Shown here: in pieces, positions 1-7,028 of the stretch
How positions within the stretch are numbered: the stretch's first letter is position 1
Layout: every line of letters starts with the position of its first letter
The notes under the pieces: model-generated
Databases searched by the model: none
What the model saw: the letters and a program-made list of their open reading frames with translations, nothing else
Told to the model about the DNA's origin: nothing
Position numbers and translations under genes: made by a program
Assembly (NCBI GenBank): GCA_964423265.1
Contig: CAYREF010000006.1
Location: forward strand, 1 to 55,442
DNA length: 55,442 nucleotides
Source of the DNA: an uncultured Actinomycetota bacterium
GTDB lineage: Bacteria > Actinomycetota > Humimicrobiia > Humimicrobiales > Humimicrobiaceae
Reading direction: 5' to 3'

Positions 1-106
1 ATTAGCAGCAGGATAGAGCACCAGGGAAATAAAAGAAATTGAAGGTATGTTTAAAAATAACTTCATTTAAATTAGTTAATTTATACTGTTTTTGAAAGGG
101 TAGTGG

Positions 107-442
107 TTAACAGGTAAGGTGAAATACACCCACAACTTTATTGCTTTTACTTTTGTTAAATTCTTTAACTGCTTGTTTTGTATTTTTTATAATATATTTA
201 ATCCCCAAACTTTCCAGACGCTCTATAAAGCTCTCATCTACTTTCATGAGGCCACTTGCGCCAGTTCCGATAATTAAAATATCAGGCCGGTATTCAAGAA
301 CGTCTTTTAAGTCTTCCTCTAATAGCAGGTGGCCTTTCTTTCTCCACCATTTAGACTTAACCTGGTCAGGGAATATTTTTAAATCGGACCGGTATCTTAT
401 CCCATCGATTACCATATTTCCAAAACTATATGAATCAATCAA
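107..442 (-). CDS. Mth938-like (DUF498) domain protein
   Basis: 111-aa ORF. Pattern 'YRSDLKIFPD...W.....H.L..EDL..VLEY.PDILIIGTG' resembles the small MTH938/NDUFAF3-like fold family. Recognised by eye only. Confidence 0.55.
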   Translation of the reverse strand: MIDSYSFGNMVIDGIRYRSDLKIFPDQVKSKWWRKKGHLLLEEDLKDVLEYRPDILIIGTGASGLMKVDESFIERLESLGIKYIIKNTKQAVKEFNKSKSNKVVGVFHLTC

Positions 443-529
443 TGTTTACCTCCTTTCGATCTTAGTATTATTATAGCTAAAAGCAGTTTTTTGACAAAAT
501 TGCTTTAGATCTATAAACTTTCCCAAATT

Positions 530-1231
530 ATGGACGAGAAAAGATATTTAATAGCAGGAATAGATGATGCCACCAAGTGCCCCTGTATTGGCAGCATTTT
601 CATGGCTGGGGTATTAGCAGACCGTAAAATAATTAAGTACTGGAGATCTATCGGAGTAAAAGATAGCAAAATAATAGCTCCAGAGAAAAGGCAGGAGCTG
701 GCCAGGGAAATAAAAAACACGGCTGTTTTTTGGTCTATAAAAGAAATTACTCCCCAAAATTTAACTGGGGACCAGTTAAATTTAAATGACCTGGAAATGG
801 TTACTACTTTTGGCATACTAAAGGATCTTGGAAAAAATTATGTGATAAGAAAAGTATTCATTGATAATTGGGGAGTAAATCTTAAAAGGCTTAACCTAAG
901 ATTTGATAAACTTGGAGGTAAGAGTGTAAATAGGTTGCCTGGTATAAAAATTATTGCCTCCCACAAAGCAGATGGTAAATATACTGTAGTAGGCGCCGCA
1001 TCCATTTTAGCTAAAACTGGCTCAGATAGGCAGTACACAAAGTATAGAAAAATTTTTGGAGATTTTGGAAGCGGAAATCCTGCTGATCCTAAAACCCGGT
1101 ATTTTGTTTGGAAAAATAGAAAAAATCCTCCCGGCATTATAAGGACTAGCTGGTCAACATTCAGCGACATCTCCAAGCTGAAAAATATTGATGACGATTG
1201 TATACTTGCGAAATATAAGAAGAAATGGTAA
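530..1231 (+). CDS. rnhB: Ribonuclease HII-like protein (variant active-site motif)
   Basis: N-terminal 'IAGIDDATKCPCIGSIFMAGV' aligns to the RNase HII 'GIDEAGRGPviGP' motif. 'GVKDSK', 'HKADGKYTVVGAASILAK' and 'GSGNPADPKT' match other conserved RNase HII blocks. Confidence 0.6.
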   Translation: MDEKRYLIAGIDDATKCPCIGSIFMAGVLADRKIIKYWRSIGVKDSKIIAPEKRQELAREIKNTAVFWSIKEITPQNLTGDQLNLNDLEMVTTFGILKDLGKNYVIRKVFIDNWGVNLKRLNLRFDKLGGKSVNRLPGIKIIASHKADGKYTVVGAASILAKTGSDRQYTKYRKIFGDFGSGNPADPKTRYFVWKNRKNPPGIIRTSWSTFSDISKLKNIDDDCILAKYKKKW

Positions 1232-1233
1232 TT

Positions 1234-2226
1234 CTATTTTTCAAAAATACAGTTAAAATATTTTAGTTCTTTACTGCCGCATTTTATACCTGTGGAATAT
1301 GATTCATCCTTAAAATGACTTTTCACTTCTAGTAAGCCTTTATTTTTTTCTAAAAAAGATTGCATCAATTCTACAGAAATAGCAGCCTCTTTTGCCCCCA
1401 TTTTGTATAGTTCAATAAAGGAGCTGTGAAAAATTTTATCTTTAATACATGGGTGATTCCATTTATTATTTTTAAGATTTAGGTAATCAGCTTTTTTATT
1501 AAAGGATCTGGGTAGCATCGAAGAAGTAATTTGTCCATTTTTTCCCAGAAGTATTTCTATTATTTTATAGATTAACCATTTCAGGCCATAAGGGTCCTTT
1601 AATAATTTTAGGATATCGTGCATATCTGAAATTGCTGTTAATAGCTGCGGTTCCTTTATTTGGGTTTTATAAACTTTATTAAGTATAAATTTATAATAAT
1701 CTAACAGGGAACTAGTATATTTGGCATACTTTTCAATTAATTTATAGCCCCGGAATTTATAAGGGCTCTTATAATTTTTATTTTTTAACATTAGCAAGTC
1801 AATAATACTTTCTAGTTTCCGGTGATAGGTATGATATTTTTTAGTCTCGGCTGTATTTTTATATATACCCGCTAGATAATGAATTAAGGGATGGGCAGTT
1901 TTATCTAGCCTGTAGTGGCAGATATAACCAGCCACGTATACGCTAAGGTCATCAAAGAGTTCTTGGCAACCCTCATTAGTTTTTATGTACTTCAAGCTTT
2001 CAATAAAAAAGTCCTGGACTTTGCTGTCATGCATGGTTAAGCCAAGCTTGCTCAAGCCGTCATCTTTGGTCCAAGGCTTTGCCCGGTAATAAAAGAAAAT
2101 GTCAGGGCCCTGCGAGCCTAAAAAATAAAGAGCTTTTCTTTTACTTATTTTCTGCTTTAAGTTGGTATTCTTTATCTTTTTTAATACATCTTCTGCAAAA
2201 AAGCAGTGAGTTAAAAATGCAGGCAT
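1234..2226 (-). CDS. Zinc-dependent phospholipase C-like family protein
   Basis: 330-aa ORF. N-terminal 'FLTHCFFAEDV' and 'GSQGPDIFFY' with later His-rich blocks ('HYRLDKTAHPLIHY') are typical of the Zn_dep_PLPC-like family. Confidence 0.5.
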   Translation of the reverse strand: MPAFLTHCFFAEDVLKKIKNTNLKQKISKRKALYFLGSQGPDIFFYYRAKPWTKDDGLSKLGLTMHDSKVQDFFIESLKYIKTNEGCQELFDDLSVYVAGYICHYRLDKTAHPLIHYLAGIYKNTAETKKYHTYHRKLESIIDLLMLKNKNYKSPYKFRGYKLIEKYAKYTSSLLDYYKFILNKVYKTQIKEPQLLTAISDMHDILKLLKDPYGLKWLIYKIIEILLGKNGQITSSMLPRSFNKKADYLNLKNNKWNHPCIKDKIFHSSFIELYKMGAKEAAISVELMQSFLEKNKGLLEVKSHFKDESYSTGIKCGSKELKYFNCIFEK

Positions 2227-2476
2227 CTTTCACCTATTTTTATTTTAATAACTAAAATTAACAGATTAAGCAATTTTTTAAAAGGTTTTTAGCTCTCGAT
2301 TATTTTTATAGTTTTAAATAGAAGATTGGGAAAACAAAATAGTAATTAAAAAATGTAAATGAATGGGGAAGTTATTCTAAACTTTTAAATTTATTTTACA
2401 GGCATTACATCTGAGATCTCATACCCGTTTCAGGTATTCTTTTTTTGGGTTCTAGATATTGCCTAAAAGCAAATAG

Positions 2477-2665
2477 TTAGCTTTTTTCTTGTTTTAATTT
2501 CTCAATCTCTGAAGCAAGTTTTTCCACAGAATCAAAAATACAGTCAATAGCTTTAAGGGCAAAATCGCTTTGGTATATGTCAAGCCCCATGTTTGATTCT
2601 GTAAATTGAAGCTCACTTTTTAATATAAACTTCTGGCATTTAATATATTCTTCTATTTCACCCAT
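2477..2665 (-). CDS. Hypothetical small acidic/coiled-coil protein
   Basis: 62-aa ORF in an otherwise non-coding gap. No recognisable motif. Confidence 0.3.
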   Translation of the reverse strand: MGEIEEYIKCQKFILKSELQFTESNMGLDIYQSDFALKAIDCIFDSVEKLASEIEKLKQEKS

Positions 2666-2932
2666 AATTAAGCCCTTTTAGATAAATTATAACAAAATTT
2701 ACAAAGTTTAATAAGGTATTGCAAAAAGTTAAGTTTTTTTATTACCTCTTCTTGATATATAATAATTTTATATATTAATAATATTTTATTTTATAAAATG
2801 ATGTTTTTCATAAGGAATTACAAAGATTATTATAAAATTCTAAAAATAAAAAAAATAGCTTGAAATAATGTTATGTTGTTATTATCATATACTAAATTTA
2901 GTTTATTGGGTAAAGAAAGAGAGGAAGAATAG

Positions 2933-3370
2933 ATGCCAAGAAAGAAGGAAAGTAAAAGGAAATATCAAAAAGTGGGAATAGATAAGCTTAATAGCATAAG
3001 CGCTTTAGAGATTGAAATAATGAAAATAGTATGGGAGCAGAAAAATGTTACTGTAAGAAAGGTACACGAGACTATGCTGAAGAAAGAAATACAGGAAAAC
3101 AAAGAAGAATTTACTCCTTATACTACTGTTATGTCTACCATGACTGCATTAGCTGAAAAAGGGATGTTGAAGCAGGATAAGAGTGAAAAAACATATATCT
3201 ATTCAGCTAATGTTGATAAAAAACAACTTTCTAAAAGCATAATAAAGTCAGTAGCTGAGAATTTATTGGAGGACAGTGCAAAAGATTTTGTTGCAAAATT
3301 TTTAGATGACACCAAGAACATTTCCAGAGAAGGTATAGATAAGTTACTTGAGGAAATAGATAAATATTAA
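2933..3370 (+). CDS. BlaI/MecI/CopY family transcriptional repressor
   Basis: Winged-helix pattern 'LSALEIEIMKIVWEQKNVTVRKVHETM....TPYTTVMSTMTALAEKGMLK..K.EKTYIYSA' typical of Penicillinase_R. Purine-rich Shine-Dalgarno (GAGAGGAAG) upstream of the ATG. Confidence 0.8.
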   Translation: MPRKKESKRKYQKVGIDKLNSISALEIEIMKIVWEQKNVTVRKVHETMLKKEIQENKEEFTPYTTVMSTMTALAEKGMLKQDKSEKTYIYSANVDKKQLSKSIIKSVAENLLEDSAKDFVAKFLDDTKNISREGIDKLLEEIDKY

Positions 3371-3395
3371 TAACTTCCCCAAGAAGTAAATATTG

Positions 3396-4448
3396 ATGAT
3401 ATTTATCGATATAATTTTCAATTATATAATCCCAATAATTTATGATAGTTTTGCCAGCCTGGTTTTTGTATTAGTTTTTCTTTCCATTTTCAGGATTAAG
3501 GATTCCAGCATTAGGATCATGTTTTTATTTTTACCGCTGGTAAAGCCTTTTGTAATACTATGCGAGAAAATAAATATTAGTAGCGGGGATTTAAGAATGC
3601 CTGTTGTTTTAGGAGGCCTAAGGTTTCCTGATCCCCATAATATAGCGGGAAGGTTTGAAAGCGAAATTGCAATATTTTCTGATTTAAACCATATAATTAT
3701 TTTCATTATTTTTTCTACCATAAGCTTTATACTTATACTCAGGTGGATGCATTTGTTCTTTTTCTACAGAAGCCTGGCCCATGAAGAGAAGGTTGGCAGG
3801 AAAGATGTGCCTGAAATATATTCAATTATAGATAATTATGCAGAGAAGATTAATATAAGAAAACCCGATGTGAGCCTAACCCACCGTAGTTATTTTTCCC
3901 CTTTTATAATAGGCACCAAAAGATACACATTAGTCTTATCTCCGGTGTTGCTAGAGCTGTTGTCTGAAGAAGAGAAGGAAACCTTAATCCAGCATGAATT
4001 ATCTCATATAAAAAGACATGATAACTTAATTGGGTGGGCAGCCCTTATATTGAGGGATATTCTTTTTTATAACCCTTTTTCTTATATAGCCTATGCTCTT
4101 ATAAGAGAGGAACAGGAAAAAGGTAGTGATAAATTATTGGTGAAATATTCAGACAAACCTGCCAAAGAGATAGCAAGCAACATATTGAATGCAATAAAGA
4201 AAATAAAATTAAGCTCAGAAAAAAGTTTTAGGACGGTTCCGGCGGAAGGCTCAAAGTTTTTCCCCATGGTGAAAATAAATATGAGAAGGATAAGAAACAG
4301 GATTAGGTTAATACTTAATGCCAATAAAGATAGGATAAGCAGTAGGTTATTTACCAAGATAGTGATGGTTGTTTTGTGGATATTTTTCTTATTAATTCAG
4401 ATATTAATAGTAGTAAGAATAGATGACAGATTAATATTCTTAAGATAA
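3396..4448 (+). CDS. M56 family (BlaR1-like) membrane metalloprotease lacking a penicillin-binding sensor domain
   Basis: Multiple N-terminal TM helices. Zinc motif 'HELSHIKRHD' (HExxH). Follows the BlaI gene by about 25 nt. The protein is only about 350 aa and ends in a TM helix, so no PBP-like sensor domain is present. The track start at 3393 is TTG; the ATG is at 3396. Confidence 0.75.
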   Translation: MIFIDIIFNYIIPIIYDSFASLVFVLVFLSIFRIKDSSIRIMFLFLPLVKPFVILCEKINISSGDLRMPVVLGGLRFPDPHNIAGRFESEIAIFSDLNHIIIFIIFSTISFILILRWMHLFFFYRSLAHEEKVGRKDVPEIYSIIDNYAEKINIRKPDVSLTHRSYFSPFIIGTKRYTLVLSPVLLELLSEEEKETLIQHELSHIKRHDNLIGWAALILRDILFYNPFSYIAYALIREEQEKGSDKLLVKYSDKPAKEIASNILNAIKKIKLSSEKSFRTVPAEGSKFFPMVKINMRRIRNRIRLILNANKDRISSRLFTKIVMVVLWIFFLLIQILIVVRIDDRLIFLR

Positions 4449-4495
4449 ACACTTTGACTTATATTCTTTTTATAATTTTTTTTTATATATTATTT

Positions 4496-4504
4496 TGCTA
4501 TAAT
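4496..4504 (+). promoter_or_regulatory. Putative extended -10 promoter element (TGcTATAAT) for the peptide/radical SAM operon
   Basis: 'TGCTATAAT' lies 35 nt upstream of the candidate TTG start at 4539. There is no good -35. Sequence match only. Confidence 0.3.
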
Positions 4505-4538
4505 ATCCTCAATATAATTTTTGGGAAAGGGGTATTTT

Positions 4539-4664
4539 TTGAGATCAATTAATAAAACCCAGAATTTATGGAACAAGGACCAAACTTTAAAAAACCTTAA
4601 AGCGGAAGATGGTCCAATGTGTTGCTGGTTTTGGTGCTGGTTTGGCTATGCAGGTAGAAAATAG
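4539..4664 (+). CDS. Candidate RiPP precursor peptide (41 codons): leader plus Cys/Trp/Phe-rich core
   Basis: Manual translation gives (TTG)M-RSINKTQNLWNKDQTLKNLKAEDGPMCCWFWCWFGYAGRK-TAG. A GGGAAAGGGG Shine-Dalgarno lies at 4523-4532, 6 nt before the TTG. The stop at 4662-4664 is 3 nt before the ATG of the radical SAM/SPASM gene. The ORF is below the size cutoff of the supplied track. An alternative in-frame TTG at 4521 has no SD. The internal ATG at 4617 would encode only the 15-aa tail. Confidence 0.6.
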   Translation: MRSINKTQNLWNKDQTLKNLKAEDGPMCCWFWCWFGYAGRK

Positions 4665-4667
4665 TAG

Positions 4668-6026
4668 ATGGGCTTGAAGCTAAGCAAGTACAATTTTTCC
4701 AGAAAAATTAACCAAAATTATACCCTTATTAACAACACCCTAACCGGGGCAGTGGATATTATAGAAAACAGGATCTGGGATTCTGTTAGAGATCCTGCCC
4801 ATATCGGCTCCAACCCTCTCTCTAGCTTAATGGAGAGAGGGTATCTTTATTATGACCTTAAGGAAGAAGAAAAGCTATTTAAAAAGATTTTTAACAGCTA
4901 CTTAAAAAAAGCCAAGTCCAGGCCAATTAGATATGTTTTTTGTCCAACTTACCAGTGTAATCTCAATTGTTCTTACTGTTTTGAAAAAGCTCTACCGCAA
5001 AAATCAATGGACACCAAAATGCTGGAAAGGGCCATAAAAGCTGCAGAGATTATATCAGAAAACCATTCAAACAGGATGGAAGCAGTAGAGCTATTTGGAG
5101 GTGAACCGCTGCTTCTAAAATGTAAGCTGTTAGTTGAAAAGATTTTAGAATTTGCGGCCAGTAAAGATACCATTATAACTATTGTAACCAATGGAGTAAA
5201 AGTCCATAGATTTATTGATATTTTAAAACCGTATAGAGAAAATATTGAAATGCTGCAGATTACAATAGACGGTCCCAGCCAAATACATGACAAAAGGAGA
5301 AAATACCGAACAGGAAGGGGAAGCTTCAGTGAAATAGTAAATAGCATAAGACTGCTGTTAGAAAACAGGATAAACATCAATGTGCGGGTAAACATAGACA
5401 AGTCCAATATTGAATCATTGCCCGACCTTTACCATTTTATTGATAGGCAGGGTTGGCTTAAGCACCCAAATTTTTCTATAAGGCTGGCAGAAGTTACCGA
5501 CCATAGCAGTACAGAATGTGCTGGCAATCTTATAGAGCCTGAAAAGCTATTGAAAAAGTTGATAAAAGTATATAGGGAACACCCTTATCTTGAGGACCTG
5601 TTTGGCTACTATATTTTTAAGCCGTTAAGGCATCTGCTGGACATACTTGGTGGTGCCCCCAATGTTTCACCGAAGTTTTTTAATTGTGAAAGCAATTTGC
5701 TGGAATTAAATATTTTCTGTCCTGATGGCCTAATATATGTTTGCGGAGAGTCTATTGGCAATCCCGATATGGCTATAGGCAGGTTTGATCCTTCCCTGGA
5801 ATTTTTCGGAGACAAAAAAAGCTTATGGATTGGAAGGAATGTGCTGACCCTGGAGGAATGCAGGAATTGCAAATTTGGCCCGATTTGTGGCGGAGGCTGC
5901 ATGTATTCTTCAATCCTGGTACATGGGGATTGCAGGAAGCCTGTATGTGAAAGGTATAAAGAGGTCCTAGATACATATATCGATTACAAGGGCAGCGAAA
6001 TACTAAATACGTTTTTAAGTAACTAA
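4668..6026 (+). CDS. Radical SAM/SPASM-domain peptide-modifying enzyme
   Basis: CxxxCxxC radical SAM motif 'CNLNCSYC' at nt 4956-4979. 'GGEPLL' SAM-binding block. Cys-rich C-terminal SPASM-like region ('CESN...FCPDG.IYVCGE', 'CRNCKFGPICGGGCMY', 'CRKPVCERY'). About 90 aa N-terminal to the cluster motif ('LSKYNF...LINNTLTGAVDIIE') resemble the peptide-recognition domain of sacti-/ranthipeptide synthases. Confidence 0.85.
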   Translation: MGLKLSKYNFSRKINQNYTLINNTLTGAVDIIENRIWDSVRDPAHIGSNPLSSLMERGYLYYDLKEEEKLFKKIFNSYLKKAKSRPIRYVFCPTYQCNLNCSYCFEKALPQKSMDTKMLERAIKAAEIISENHSNRMEAVELFGGEPLLLKCKLLVEKILEFAASKDTIITIVTNGVKVHRFIDILKPYRENIEMLQITIDGPSQIHDKRRKYRTGRGSFSEIVNSIRLLLENRININVRVNIDKSNIESLPDLYHFIDRQGWLKHPNFSIRLAEVTDHSSTECAGNLIEPEKLLKKLIKVYREHPYLEDLFGYYIFKPLRHLLDILGGAPNVSPKFFNCESNLLELNIFCPDGLIYVCGESIGNPDMAIGRFDPSLEFFGDKKSLWIGRNVLTLEECRNCKFGPICGGGCMYSSILVHGDCRKPVCERYKEVLDTYIDYKGSEILNTFLSN

Positions 6027-6153
6027 ACCAGGGTATTCTATTTTTCTACATATCAAAGTAGCCTAATTTTTCATTTTACCCAGAAATAGTATAATTATAG
6101 GAAATCTCTACCAGGGGTGTCAGGTATATAATATTTGGAATAGGAGAGTTTAA

Positions 6154-6633
6154 ATGGAGAAGGCAATTTTATATGCAACAAGGTATGGGTGCACTGAACA
6201 ATGCTCAAACACTCTTGCCAGCTATATTTCTGGAGAAGCAGAATTAAAGAATTTGGGTAAAGAAAAGGTAGATGTGGATAAATATGATATAGTAATAATT
6301 GGCGGATCAATAATTGCCGGAAAAATTAATAAAGAAATAAGCAGATTTTGTCTAAATAATTTAGAGGCACTTCTAAACAAAAAAATAGGCTTGTTTCTAT
6401 GCTGTCTGAGGGAAGGGGAAGAAGCAGAAAAGCAATTCAGGGATTCATTTCCCGAACAGCTTATAAAAAAGGCAGCAGTAGTAGGTTATTTCGGGGGAAG
6501 AGTTTCTTTTAAAAAATTGAATTTCTTTTTTAGAAAGATCATGAAAAAAATGCTAGAGACTGATAAGGATGTTTCTACTGTAAAGGAAGAAAATATAGAG
6601 GAATTTGCAAATAAGATAAATAGGATTACGTAG
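6154..6633 (+). CDS. Flavodoxin-domain protein (HemG-like short flavodoxin)
   Basis: 'KAILYATRYGCTE' N-terminal FMN-loop pattern and 'YDIVIIGGSI' block. 159 aa. Confidence 0.65.
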   Translation: MEKAILYATRYGCTEQCSNTLASYISGEAELKNLGKEKVDVDKYDIVIIGGSIIAGKINKEISRFCLNNLEALLNKKIGLFLCCLREGEEAEKQFRDSFPEQLIKKAAVVGYFGGRVSFKKLNFFFRKIMKKMLETDKDVSTVKEENIEEFANKINRIT

Positions 6634-7020
6634 ATGAAAATAGAGAAGGGAATTATAAAAAAAGTAGCCCTTATAACTTCAGGCTCATTGTCGTTAGGGT
6701 TAGGGGTTTTGGGGATTTTCTTACCAATACTTCCCACCACTCCTTTTCTTCTTTTATCTGCTGCCTGCTATGCAAATAGCTCCAAAAAATTCCATAGGTG
6801 GTTATTGGGTAATAAGGTTTTTGGTAAATATATAAAAGATTACAAGGAAAAAAGAGGGTTAACTTTAAAAACCAAAATAACTGCCATAGCTGTTTTATGG
6901 CTAACCATATCCTGCTCGGCTTTTTTTGCGGTAGATATTTTATGGGTTAAATTTCTTTTATTTTTGGTTGCAATTGGAGTTACCATACATCTTATTCATA
7001 TAAAGACAATAAAGTCATAG
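6634..7020 (+). CDS. ybaN: YbaN family (DUF454) inner-membrane protein
   Basis: 'GVLGIFLPILPTTPFLLLSAACYANSSKKFHRWLL' is the hallmark DUF454 motif. The ATG directly abuts the flavodoxin stop. Confidence 0.75.
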   Translation: MKIEKGIIKKVALITSGSLSLGLGVLGIFLPILPTTPFLLLSAACYANSSKKFHRWLLGNKVFGKYIKDYKEKRGLTLKTKITAIAVLWLTISCSAFFAVDILWVKFLLFLVAIGVTIHLIHIKTIKS

Positions 7021-7028
7021 GGGGAAAA

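Noticed and set aside
1-42. Possible 3' end of a plus-strand gene at the window edge (ISSRIEHQGNKRN-stop)
   Set aside because: Only 13 codons are visible, which is not enough to support a call.
141-476. Track ORFs antisense to or overlapping recognised genes, e.g. 141..476, 511..816, 838..1176, 3440..3721, 4973..5407, 8732..9160, 8976..9329, 28085..28456, 30757..31197, 35830..36318, 37702..38034, 38374..38700
   Set aside because: Each lies opposite, or in an alternate frame of, a gene with clear family motifs. Their translations are low-complexity (Ser/Leu/Pro/Ile-rich) with no motifs or ribosome-binding sites, so they are typical shadow ORFs.
2421-2446. ATACC-N7-GGTAT hairpin followed by TCTTTTTTT (terminator-like on the + strand)
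   Set aside because: The stem is only 5 bp and no plus-strand gene reads into it. That is too weak to call a terminator or an sRNA 3' end.
4568-4600. ATG-initiated 10-codon ORF (MEQGPNFKKP) in the gap before the radical SAM gene
   Set aside because: It has no Shine-Dalgarno, is very short, and lies out of frame inside the better-supported 41-codon ORF. The Cys/Trp-rich frame with the GGGAAAGGGG SD is the more credible reading.
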